Shown here in pieces: positions 1 to 8,759 of a DNA stretch of 64,000 nt. Position 1 is the first letter of the stretch, and every line of letters starts with the position of its first letter. A program made the translations under genes and the position numbers. This DNA comes from Bradymonadia bacterium (GTDB lineage: Bacteria; Myxococcota_A; Bradymonadia; UBA7976; UBA1532). Location of the stretch: the NCBI GenBank assembly GCA_046290225.1, contig JBKAGE010000076.1, forward strand, positions 1-64,000, read 5' to 3'. Below the pieces are notes generated by a model. The model made no database searches. It was given only the letters and a program-made list of their open reading frames with translations, and was not told the DNA's origin.

Positions 1-98
1 CAGTTGAGTTCGAAGAGGCTTACTACAACCGTCAAGCTGCCCAATCCCGGGCCGCCTGACTCATACAAAACCGTCTCCGACGAACCCGGGGCAGTTCA
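1..98 (+). mobile_element. Right end of an IS3-family insertion sequence (IS6110/IS51-like): transposase OrfB C-terminus plus right inverted repeat
   Basis: The frame from 3 reads VEFEEAYYNRQAAQSRAA-stop (TGA 57-59), resembling the PxExExxYY end of IS3 OrfB. It is followed by GTCTCCGACGAACCCGGGGCAGTTCA (73-98), whose reverse complement TGAACTGCCCCGGG...GGAGAC is a typical IS3 TG...CA terminus. Confidence 0.85.
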
Positions 99-137
99 CA
101 AAGGCTGTCTTGAGAGATGCGAGCAAGGGTGTAGACG

Positions 138-1955
138 TCAGGGGCTCTTTGGGCCGGGGAGGGTGCGAACGGGACGCAAGCCCAAAGCGTCGAACTTGTA
201 AGCTGGGACGTCACCCCCACGGCTGGCAGCCCGCACACGCGCCGGGAAGCACTTCCAGCAGCCGCCGCGGCGAACACGAGTGATCCCGGAGGAGGGTCCC
301 TCGGGGTTTTCTTCGGTACGCTCAGGTAAGGGTGCATACCAGTCCTGCGTCCACTCCCAGACATTGCCCAACATATCGTAGAGGCCATGACCGTTGGGCT
401 TCAGCTGCTTGACGGGATGGGGGCTGCCGTTGCTGTTCTCGCTGAACCAGCCCACCTCATTCAGGCGATATTCAGCATCTCCAGCCACAATTGGGCGCGC
501 AGCAAGCGCCCACTCTGCCTCAGTGGGCAGGCGATAGCCCTCACACTCGATCGATGTAAGTGCCAAGTCGTAGTCATCCCCCTCATAACACTCACTCAGC
601 CCTTCGATGCGCGACACTCGGTTGAGGTAACGCACCGCATCAAACCAAGTCACGCGCTCGACGGGGCAATCATCTCCGCACGTCTGGAAGGCTGATGGGT
701 TGCTGCCCATGACCGCCCTCCATTGACCTTGGGTCACCTCTGTCTCGCCAATGGAAAACCGGTGGGTCACCCGCACGGTATGTATGGTCTCGTCGTTACT
801 CCTGCCAATCTCGTCCTCAGGGCTGCCCATCGTGATCTCACCAGGTTGAATGGTGATCATCTCGGGACGTATGGCAGGAATGGACCGGGCGGGGCGTAGG
901 CCCATAATGTCGCTGCCGGGGGAATATGTGAGGTCGCCTGAAAAACTGGCAGCCCTCAACACCCTCGCAGCAGAGGACCAAGCACCACCCCGCAAAACAC
1001 GATCATTGATCTCCACCATCTGTCTTGGCGAATTCCCATCGTACTCCACCCATTCAGACACGTTACCCAACATGTCATACATCCCCCAGGCATTGGGCTC
1101 TTTTCCTGCCACAGGATGTGTCCCACATTGTTGCTGCTCAGGATATTGCTTCTCAAGCCACTGAGCGCAGTCTGCAGCCCCCGGATAGGTGACACCGCTG
1201 TTGCCGCCGTACCATGCGATGGGGTCGAGCGCTGGCGCGTCATGCTCCCCTTTAATGAACCACTTGCCTTTATAAATAGCATTCTGTGTACCTGCCCTCG
1301 CTGCATACTCCCACTCCTCTTCTGTAGGGAGTCGGTACCCTTTGCAACCCGCCGCCTTTAGGGCACCTTCTTCATAGCATTGCTCGAGCCCCTCGAGGTC
1401 GGACAGCCGGTTCAGATAAGCCAACGCGTCGTTCCAACCCACACGCTCTACAGGGCAATCATCACCACATGCTTTGAACCTCGACGGGTTGCTGCCCATG
1501 ACCGCCTTCCACTGACCCTGTGTCACCTCCGTCTCTCCCAACGCGAATGTGTGCGTCAGCTCTACTCTATGGAGTGGCTCGTATTCGTAATGCCACTCAT
1601 CTCGACCTTCTTCGTACCGAGGGCTCCCCATCATGAACCACCCCGTAGGTAGGACACGCATTTTGGGCCTGAGCGCATCACCCGAAGTCGAGGACGCCGA
1701 GTCGAGTAGTCTTCGCTTCCATGCGTCGTCGCCCATGGTCGGTGCGAGGGCGCCCCATGCGGTCTCTGATGCTGGGCGCAGACGCTCGTCGAGCGCAACA
1801 TGCCCGAAGATCCACATCCACAACGACAACCCAGAGAGCACCAACACCGCGCCGAGAATTTGAACGCCACGCGGGCCCGGATTCAGTGTGCTCCACCGTT
1901 TCAAAGAAGCAGCCCAACGCGCCCTATCAGCTTGATCCTTCATCAGAGCCTTCAC
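138..1955 (-). CDS. Membrane-anchored protein with two tandem FGE-sulfatase (SUMF1/CLec-fold) domains
   Basis: N-terminal TM helix, then two copies of FxMGS...ETEVTQGQW...PVExVxW...YRLPTExEW...PNxxGxYDMLGNVxEW...RGGxW...GxRP. Likely start is GTG 1955 (or ATG 1943), immediately after the upstream stop. Confidence 0.9.
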   Translation of the reverse strand: MKALMKDQADRARWAASLKRWSTLNPGPRGVQILGAVLVLSGLSLWMWIFGHVALDERLRPASETAWGALAPTMGDDAWKRRLLDSASSTSGDALRPKMRVLPTGWFMMGSPRYEEGRDEWHYEYEPLHRVELTHTFALGETEVTQGQWKAVMGSNPSRFKACGDDCPVERVGWNDALAYLNRLSDLEGLEQCYEEGALKAAGCKGYRLPTEEEWEYAARAGTQNAIYKGKWFIKGEHDAPALDPIAWYGGNSGVTYPGAADCAQWLEKQYPEQQQCGTHPVAGKEPNAWGMYDMLGNVSEWVEYDGNSPRQMVEINDRVLRGGAWSSAARVLRAASFSGDLTYSPGSDIMGLRPARSIPAIRPEMITIQPGEITMGSPEDEIGRSNDETIHTVRVTHRFSIGETEVTQGQWRAVMGSNPSAFQTCGDDCPVERVTWFDAVRYLNRVSRIEGLSECYEGDDYDLALTSIECEGYRLPTEAEWALAARPIVAGDAEYRLNEVGWFSENSNGSPHPVKQLKPNGHGLYDMLGNVWEWTQDWYAPLPERTEENPEGPSSGITRVRRGGCWKCFPARVRAASRGGDVPAYKFDALGLRPVRTLPGPKSP

Positions 1956-1956
1956 A

Positions 1957-4900
1957 TCAGTAAGACGTCCGCACTGGCCTGAACCCCAAGAAGTAGTATC
2001 GCGAATTTGGAGGCCAACTTCCACGCACAGCCAACCGGGTATCACTCGCAGTAGCCGCCCATGCACCGCCGCGGATTACCCGATCTCCACTCTGAGTGTT
2101 CACGAAAGGATCCTCGAGCACACCATCATCCTTGGCTTGCTCAAGGGCATCAAATGCTTTGCTGCGGTAGCTGCTCCCGGTCCACTCCACGACGTTGCCG
2201 AGTACGTCGTATACACCCCAGAAGTTCGGCTCTTTCTGTGCGACAGGGTGGGGACCACACAGTGTTTGATCGGGGTATTGCTTCTCGGCCCATTCTGTGC
2301 CGATGCACGCCTCGGCGCCCTCGTACGAGACCCCGCTGTTGCCTCCGTACCACGCGATCGAATCAAGCGCAGGTGCGTTGTGCTCGCCGACGATGGACCA
2401 ATCGTTCATCGAGTACGTAGCCCCCTGAAGCACATCGCCTCCGATATGAGATCTGGCCATGTATTCCCATTCAGCCTCTGTAGGCAACCGATACCCTTTA
2501 CAATCAATACTCTTGAGTTTTGTGCCCTGCTCATCGCCATCGCGATAGCACTGTTCGAGACTCTCCGCCTCAGACAGCCGGTTCAAGTATTCGATGACAT
2601 CGAACCAGCTGACGTTCTCCACAGGACAGTCATCGCCACACCGATAGAAATGAGATGGGTTCTGCTTCATCAGGGCCTTCCACTGCCCTTGCGTCACCTC
2701 TGTCTCTCCAACCAAAAACCGTCGGCTCAGGCGCACGTCATATTGTGTCTCATTGTCATACCTACCCTCTTCTTCTTCAGGGCTCCCCATCGTGAAGTAC
2801 CCCGGCTGGATCACGACCATGTTCGGGCGCAAGCGCGACTGCCTGATTTGAACAGGCCCTGACGGCTCGCCTTCGCCGACCTCTACCACTTGGTGGATAG
2901 TCACATCGAAGGGCACCTGCGCACCGAGGCTGACCACGCGGGGTGTAGATGCCAGAGCGTCCAGCCCTACGCTGAGCGTGTAAAACGCGATGGCAGCGGT
3001 GAGGCACGCACACCCAATCACCGCAGCGGCCCGACCGGCGAGGGTGCTCGGCCACCACCTCGGCGTCAGGCCAATGAAGCCACCCAGCGCCTGCTCCCCC
3101 TCACCTCTGATCTCTGTCGAGAGAGTCGCGAGGGCTTCTGTCAGCTTGAACGTCGTCGGATGTATCTCATCGGGGGCGTCGACACAGTCCATCTCGAGGG
3201 CCAACCATCGGTCTATCTCGTCCCCCATCATGCCTTCCCGACCCGCCATCAACGCCTTGAGGTTCTTCGGGGTTGGATCTGCGCGAAATGTATGGAACTT
3301 GACACTCCATATTAGCTGTACGCGCTCGATGTAGCCCATCTCTTCGCCGGTGCTCAACCGGGCAGACAATACCCTGCGCCAATAGTCGTGCACCTGATTC
3401 AGCATGCGCTGGCCTGCGAGAGTGCGTGCCGCTTCCAGCTTCCACCCTCGCCACCAATCGAAAGGGATGTGCAGGGTGGAGGCTCCGCTGGTGGGATCCC
3501 CTCTGAAACCTCGGCCGTCGATGGCCTGCCCTTTCTTCGCGATGTCTTCCACCAGCCACCACACATGCCAAGGCTGATCGAACCACCGGGTCACTTTTGG
3601 GAAGGCCGTACGCACCATCTCCATCTGATCCCAAGTGGCCATGGGCGAGACAGCCAAGGCCAGCCGCCAGAGTGCCATAGCCTCGTCATAGACATCCACT
3701 TCGGGGCTGGGCGCCTCTGGCCGCTCGGGAGGAGTATGCCAAGGCACCTCTTCTCGGTGGCGACCCTCAGCACTGAGGAACCGCGCCATGGCGATGAGCC
3801 CACGCGGGGTGGTGGGGAAACGCGCCAGCCCCTCAGCCTCAAGCATCTTGATCTCAGCAGCCATCCCAGGGCGGTCTTGGGCAGAGATGGGTGAAGGATC
3901 GAGCCACGCCACCGTAGACCAGGCGCCGAGATAAGCGCTCCAAGTGGCTCGCTTCGCCTGTCTCGACCCAGCGCCTTTGGAGGTGTCGCCCTTGGGGACC
4001 TGACTGTGCTCAAACGCCAGGGCCTGCCGAGAACAGATCAGCAGCGGGCCACTGATGTCGCGCGCCAGGGCGCCGAGGGAGATGAGCCGTTGACTGCCTT
4101 CGGCCCTCACATAATCGGGCTTGAGTTCAAACTCGTACACCCTCAGGGGGACCCCCATCTTTCGCCAAGTCTGGAGCAAGCGACGCAAAGCCCCGAGCCA
4201 GATGTGGCCGGACTGCCGGCTCTCCACGTCGAGCAACACGGTCAAGCTGATCTGTTGAGGTGCCGCCTGCATCACCGGCGCCCACGCCCCGCCCCGTTCA
4301 AGGGTGGCCTCGATGGTCTCTTCGACGTCGAGGGTGTCTCCAGTGGCGGGCGTGCCCAGCCGAGACAGCAACACAGCAGTCTCGACCAGAGTGCCCTGGT
4401 CGAAAGGTGGCTCTGCGAGAAACTGAAGTGAGCGTCGGTGTCGTTGCGCGAGGGCCTTCTCTTGCGCTTCGATGAGCGCGGCTCTTCGACGCTCCGCGAT
4501 CTGCCCCTCGTGTTGTGTTACCTCTTCTCGCGCACGCGACTCAGCCTCACGCCCCGACTTCGCACGGGCGGGCGCCCTCAGCCACCATCCCCCGAGCCCC
4601 ATAAAGAGCACACCCAGCGCGCCCAAGAGCCACTCGGCGACGCTGAACACCACAACTGGGGCCTCGACCTCGATCTGTCTTGGACGCATCAGATCAGGCC
4701 GCGGGATCTCTCGAAAGGCGCGGGTGGGCTGCGTGGCTTCTGGGTTTAAAGTGGGCGTTGGTGCCGTGGGCGCTGGTGGCGGGCTCGGCTCAGGGATTGA
4801 GGGCTGGCTCTGCTCCACAGAGTCAGTGCTTGAGGTGGCGAGCCACCACCCGATGGCGGCCACGAGGCACACAGAGACGCCCGTGAGCACCCGCCTAAGG

Positions 4901-5199
4901 CCCAGCGAAAGCTGAGCTTGGGTAGGCTGAACCTGATCTCTCGTACCCGACGCTCGAGAGAAGTGGTGATCGAAACGCCACCCCAGGCGGGCCTGCTCTT
5001 CAGGAGTGCGGGCGATGAGCGCCACCACAGAGTCTCTCAAAGCCTCGGGGCGCTGGAGCAGATCAGGCGCGCCCTCGATGAGCTGAGTGATGGCGAGCAT
5101 GTCTCCGGTACCGACAGGCAGTGAGAGTTCTTGCCTGACCATCTCGAGATAGCTGCGTAGCTCGTCGAGATCCCACTGGGGTTGGGTTGGGTTATCCAT
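1957..5199 (-). CDS. vWA component of a MoxR ternary system, with TM segments and a C-terminal FGE-sulfatase domain
   Basis: CoxE/vWA-like motifs (LDVEETIEAT...LTVLLD...WLDP...RFP), hydrophobic segments and a complete FGE domain at the C-terminus. Overlaps the MoxR stop codon. Confidence 0.8.
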   Translation of the reverse strand: MDNPTQPQWDLDELRSYLEMVRQELSLPVGTGDMLAITQLIEGAPDLLQRPEALRDSVVALIARTPEEQARLGWRFDHHFSRASGTRDQVQPTQAQLSLGLRRVLTGVSVCLVAAIGWWLATSSTDSVEQSQPSIPEPSPPPAPTAPTPTLNPEATQPTRAFREIPRPDLMRPRQIEVEAPVVVFSVAEWLLGALGVLFMGLGGWWLRAPARAKSGREAESRAREEVTQHEGQIAERRRAALIEAQEKALAQRHRRSLQFLAEPPFDQGTLVETAVLLSRLGTPATGDTLDVEETIEATLERGGAWAPVMQAAPQQISLTVLLDVESRQSGHIWLGALRRLLQTWRKMGVPLRVYEFELKPDYVRAEGSQRLISLGALARDISGPLLICSRQALAFEHSQVPKGDTSKGAGSRQAKRATWSAYLGAWSTVAWLDPSPISAQDRPGMAAEIKMLEAEGLARFPTTPRGLIAMARFLSAEGRHREEVPWHTPPERPEAPSPEVDVYDEAMALWRLALAVSPMATWDQMEMVRTAFPKVTRWFDQPWHVWWLVEDIAKKGQAIDGRGFRGDPTSGASTLHIPFDWWRGWKLEAARTLAGQRMLNQVHDYWRRVLSARLSTGEEMGYIERVQLIWSVKFHTFRADPTPKNLKALMAGREGMMGDEIDRWLALEMDCVDAPDEIHPTTFKLTEALATLSTEIRGEGEQALGGFIGLTPRWWPSTLAGRAAAVIGCACLTAAIAFYTLSVGLDALASTPRVVSLGAQVPFDVTIHQVVEVGEGEPSGPVQIRQSRLRPNMVVIQPGYFTMGSPEEEEGRYDNETQYDVRLSRRFLVGETEVTQGQWKALMKQNPSHFYRCGDDCPVENVSWFDVIEYLNRLSEAESLEQCYRDGDEQGTKLKSIDCKGYRLPTEAEWEYMARSHIGGDVLQGATYSMNDWSIVGEHNAPALDSIAWYGGNSGVSYEGAEACIGTEWAEKQYPDQTLCGPHPVAQKEPNFWGVYDVLGNVVEWTGSSYRSKAFDALEQAKDDGVLEDPFVNTQSGDRVIRGGAWAATASDTRLAVRGSWPPNSRYYFLGFRPVRTSY

Positions 5200-6193
5200 A
5201 TGCCCGCTCGAGGTCTCTCCAATCCTCGAAGAGCTTGATCAAGCAGCCCAGGTGGGGCACCTCGCTCCACGACGGCCGATCGCCAGGGGTGTAGCCCTGC
5301 ACCATCTCGCGATCATATGGGTCTGTGGCGTCGCTCTCCAACACCGTCACCCACTCCAGCAGCTCGGTGGTCGATGGTTTCTTCTTCAGAGTCTCTCTCG
5401 CCCTCAACGCGCTGAACATTTCGACAGCAGACACACGCAAAGGGCCCTGCCATTCTGCTTGAGGCTGACCGAGCCACCCGCTCACGATGGCATTCAGATC
5501 AGATGTGTCGGGGAATGGCACATGGCAGTAAACACAGCGTCGCAAGAACGCGTTGGGCAGCTGATGCTCGCCGTTGCTTGTAATGACCACGACAGGTCTG
5601 TGCTCTGGTGCTCGCCCTCGGGTGCCCATCACCCGCTGAAGCGAGAGACCTGATCGGTCGTACACCTCACCCTGTAAGACCTCATCGATCTCCGAAATCT
5701 CAAACTGGCCTTGATCGAGCTCTCGGAGCAAGTCATTGGGCAAATCACGGCGGGCCTTGTCGATCTCGTCGATGAGCACCACACGCCGTCGCGCGCTGGC
5801 GATCGCGACACCCAGCGGCCGCAGCTCGATGTAACATCTCGGATCAGCGGTCCGTGCCATGGCGTCTGAGTCACCATGGTGCGCATCCCCAAAACGCTTG
5901 AGAGAGTCATAGTGATACAGCAGATCTCGGGCCTTGCTCTCGGATCGCACATAACACTCAAGCAAGCCACGCTCGGGATCTTCTGGGGCCCAGTCTGGGG
6001 CGCCATCAAGCCAGCGCGCCAGCGCGAAGGCGAAGTCAGTCTTGCCGCAGCCAGGCTCACCGCTGAGCAGCAACGGCCGCCCCAAGATCATGGCGGCGCT
6101 GGCAGCATGTATCAGCCTCAAGGGTGGGATGAACGGCTTGCCGGCTCTGCCCTGAAGATAGTCGATGTCGTCTGGAGTGATGATTGTGTGCAT
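5192..6193 (-). CDS. MoxR-family AAA+ ATPase
   Basis: Walker A GEPGCGKT, ARDLLYHYD, Walker B VLIDEIDKA, PNDLL, ITSN...LPNAFLRRC and KKPSTTELLEW. Likely start ATG 6193. Confidence 0.93.
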   Translation of the reverse strand: MHTIITPDDIDYLQGRAGKPFIPPLRLIHAASAAMILGRPLLLSGEPGCGKTDFAFALARWLDGAPDWAPEDPERGLLECYVRSESKARDLLYHYDSLKRFGDAHHGDSDAMARTADPRCYIELRPLGVAIASARRRVVLIDEIDKARRDLPNDLLRELDQGQFEISEIDEVLQGEVYDRSGLSLQRVMGTRGRAPEHRPVVVITSNGEHQLPNAFLRRCVYCHVPFPDTSDLNAIVSGWLGQPQAEWQGPLRVSAVEMFSALRARETLKKKPSTTELLEWVTVLESDATDPYDREMVQGYTPGDRPSWSEVPHLGCLIKLFEDWRDLERAYG

Positions 6194-6198
6194 TGGCC

Positions 6199-8511
6199 TT
6201 ATGTGTATTGGGCGACGATGCGCTGCAGGGCCTCGCACAGCCCTCGAAACGTACCGTGTGTGTAGTGAGACCTCCACGCAGCCTCAGCCTCTGCGAGGGC
6301 TTCCGCGTCGGGGCCAACACGGAGCCTCACCAGCTCGTCCACGTCGTCAGAGGTTGGGAAGGTCACCTCTTTCAGAGTGAAGTGGCTCAAGGCGATGCGC
6401 TCAGGGCCTGCCTGCTCAACTGAGTCGAAGCTGCGCATCAACAACTCGACCTCTGGGGTATTCAACGGGCCAGCGGCCGGCTCTGTCAGGCGCTCGCGAT
6501 CGTGCTCAAGCAGGACACATACGCGCAGGCCCTTGAGCGTGACGCTGGTTTTTTGGGCCGCGCTCCACAGCAGGTCAGGGATCGCCTTCACCCACGCGGC
6601 GAGCGCCGCGATCTCTTCTCGGTGCGTTGTGACATCCAGCGGACCGACGACGAACAGGGCGGGCTCGCTCATCAGCAACACAGACAACGCCTCAACGAGA
6701 TCGATGTTCGACTCGGGGCCATCATAGTATTCGATGATCTCCTCCCAGAGCATCAGTTCCCAGCCCACGATGTTGTTGGCGCGAGCCGCTTTCACCCTCT
6801 GGGGGCTGAGCTCGATCGTGTAGTGCGATCCAGAGATGCCGCTGCGGATGTCTCGCTTGATCCGGTCGATGAAGACATCCAGGTCTTGGCGCCTGTCACC
6901 ATGGAGCAGAAAGGTGAAGTGCCCAGTCTTGTTTCGGCACCCCCTGATCAGCTTCCCCCACTCGGTCATCCGGTCCAGTTGAATCACCCAAGGGGACAAA
7001 TCGGTGGCGCTGGGCTCGCCGATGCCCGCTGGTCGCCTACCTCTCCGCTTCGGCGCCTGCCCGCTCTGACCGAGCCTCTCCGAAATCCACGCCGTTGTGG
7101 CCGGAGGGAGTTGGCTCAAGCTCAATGTGTGCACCTTCTGACTCGGGGTGCCGTCAGGCAATACGCTCACCTGCTCTTGCACGAGCCCTGTGGTCGAGAG
7201 CTCCGCCCATGTGAAGCACCAGCTTACGCCCTGGCCGGCAAATAAGGTCAGCCGTTCCTTATAGAGGTTGTGTACTCCGCCAACACGGGCTGGGCCCGAG
7301 CTGGCCGCCGAGCAGATGATGTGCGCCTCCCTTTCGAGGGTTTGTTGGAGCACCTTGAGATCTACGCCGTGTGTTTGGGGCTTCAATGCACCAGGATCGT
7401 CATAGGCGATGATGATCGAGAGACGCTCACCTGTCTGGTCGACCGCCTGCTTGACGACGCTTTGATCCACTACGCATGGCGCTCGCGCCTCCGGCTGGCC
7501 TGGATAGTCTCGCCAACAGGTGTTCAGGCCCAGCACATGCACTGGCAGGTCATCGGGGCGTATCGGCTGCGCCCACCACAGCGCGCTCCCGCGTTGGTAG
7601 GTGTATGCAGAGTTGCTGTCTGACTTGATGAAGTCGTCGAACTTCGACCAGTAAGTCGCCCACGCCTCTGCGCTGCTTCGGGGCAACGACCAGAGCCGCC
7701 TCCACAACCTCTTGTGAGCCTCTTTACTCTCTCTCCGCATAATGGGCCCGATGTCGCTCGGGCCCGGTACCACGAAGACGCGCTCGTGAGAAACCTTGGC
7801 GGCCACGGCGAGCCGCTCAAGATACGCGCCGACATCAGGCTCTCGCTCTGCTGAGCCAGCCCACCGCCCAGAGACTCGATCAAGAAGCTGCCCTGAGACG
7901 ATGACAAAGTCGGGGCCTTGTCCGCGCTTCACATACTCCTGCGCTCGGTCACAGATCAGGCCGAATCGCACGTCACCATGCTCAGTGCCCAGATCCAGGT
8001 CGGCGAGGTGAAGCCACCTCAGCTGCATTGCCTTCGGTGGGGGCGGCGCAGCCTTCGGTGAAGGTGACGTCTTATTCAAGCCCTGGCTCAATGTGGTCAG
8101 AGGTGCCCTTGAGACGCCTGCACTTTCAAATTTGGCGTTGAGAATTTCGTCCTGAAGGACCTCAAGGTAATCATAAACAACCTTGAGCCTCTGCTGATAC
8201 TCGGGCCTCAGGTGGTCACCCTCGAAGTAACTGGGGCTGACGTCGCACAGCCAACCTTTGCGCTCGAAGCCAGGAGCCAGCAGCATCCCGATGGCACCTT
8301 CATAGTATTGAGGAGATTGGGTTTTTTTAGCTGCTTTGAACACTTGCTCAACAGCATCTTCATTATCACACCCCCCCGTAAAGTCCCGATACAAACCAGG
8401 CAGAGCTTTGACCGCTAGAGCTCCCCCTGGAAAGAGCACTTTCAGGTGTGCCTTCACCTCTTTGAGGCGCTCGCCAACCTCTCGCCACAGCTGTTTGGCA
8501 TGAGCCCCCAT
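6199..8511 (-). CDS. Third component of the ternary system: variable N-terminal domain, degenerate calcineurin-like phosphoesterase and inactive STAND (iSTAND)-like domain
   Basis: LRWLHLADLDLG / PDFVIVSGQL / VFVVPGPSD / VLGLNTCW trace a metallophosphoesterase fold. The C-terminal LDRMTEW...FLLHGDRRQDLDVFIDRI resembles a Walker-A-less STAND. It lies directly upstream of MoxR and vWA. Confidence 0.7.
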   Translation of the reverse strand: MGAHAKQLWREVGERLKEVKAHLKVLFPGGALAVKALPGLYRDFTGGCDNEDAVEQVFKAAKKTQSPQYYEGAIGMLLAPGFERKGWLCDVSPSYFEGDHLRPEYQQRLKVVYDYLEVLQDEILNAKFESAGVSRAPLTTLSQGLNKTSPSPKAAPPPPKAMQLRWLHLADLDLGTEHGDVRFGLICDRAQEYVKRGQGPDFVIVSGQLLDRVSGRWAGSAEREPDVGAYLERLAVAAKVSHERVFVVPGPSDIGPIMRRESKEAHKRLWRRLWSLPRSSAEAWATYWSKFDDFIKSDSNSAYTYQRGSALWWAQPIRPDDLPVHVLGLNTCWRDYPGQPEARAPCVVDQSVVKQAVDQTGERLSIIIAYDDPGALKPQTHGVDLKVLQQTLEREAHIICSAASSGPARVGGVHNLYKERLTLFAGQGVSWCFTWAELSTTGLVQEQVSVLPDGTPSQKVHTLSLSQLPPATTAWISERLGQSGQAPKRRGRRPAGIGEPSATDLSPWVIQLDRMTEWGKLIRGCRNKTGHFTFLLHGDRRQDLDVFIDRIKRDIRSGISGSHYTIELSPQRVKAARANNIVGWELMLWEEIIEYYDGPESNIDLVEALSVLLMSEPALFVVGPLDVTTHREEIAALAAWVKAIPDLLWSAAQKTSVTLKGLRVCVLLEHDRERLTEPAAGPLNTPEVELLMRSFDSVEQAGPERIALSHFTLKEVTFPTSDDVDELVRLRVGPDAEALAEAEAAWRSHYTHGTFRGLCEALQRIVAQYT

Positions 8512-8649
8512 GTGACACCCTTCTCACGCATGTCGTTGTTTCAAGTAGGGAACTATCGGCTCGGTGTACGGAGCGCAAGGACCTCGATTCGTTCTCTGTA
8601 GACTCTTTGGTGCTTGAGATGCGAGCTCGCCGCTCTTCTCCCCACTTCG

Positions 8650-8687
8650 TTCCCCCACAACTCCCCCACAGCTCCCCTACAGCTCCC
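8650..8687. repeat. 11-bp direct repeat x3.5 in the divergent intergenic region
   Basis: TTCCCCCACAA / CTCCCCCACAG / CTCCCCTACAG / CTCCC. Confidence 0.85.
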
Positions 8688-8759
8688 TCGCCCTGATGAC
8701 TAGCGTGCAAACCACGTCCTGCCACGAGCCTCAAGGCCTTAAGAAGCAAGGGGAAAACC

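Noticed and set aside
138..2830. FGE domains as true formylglycine-generating enzymes serving the sulfatase-like genes
   Set aside because: They lack the catalytic two-Cys motif of FGE after RGG, are fused into a conflict system, and the nearby sulfatase-like protein has no CxPxR target.
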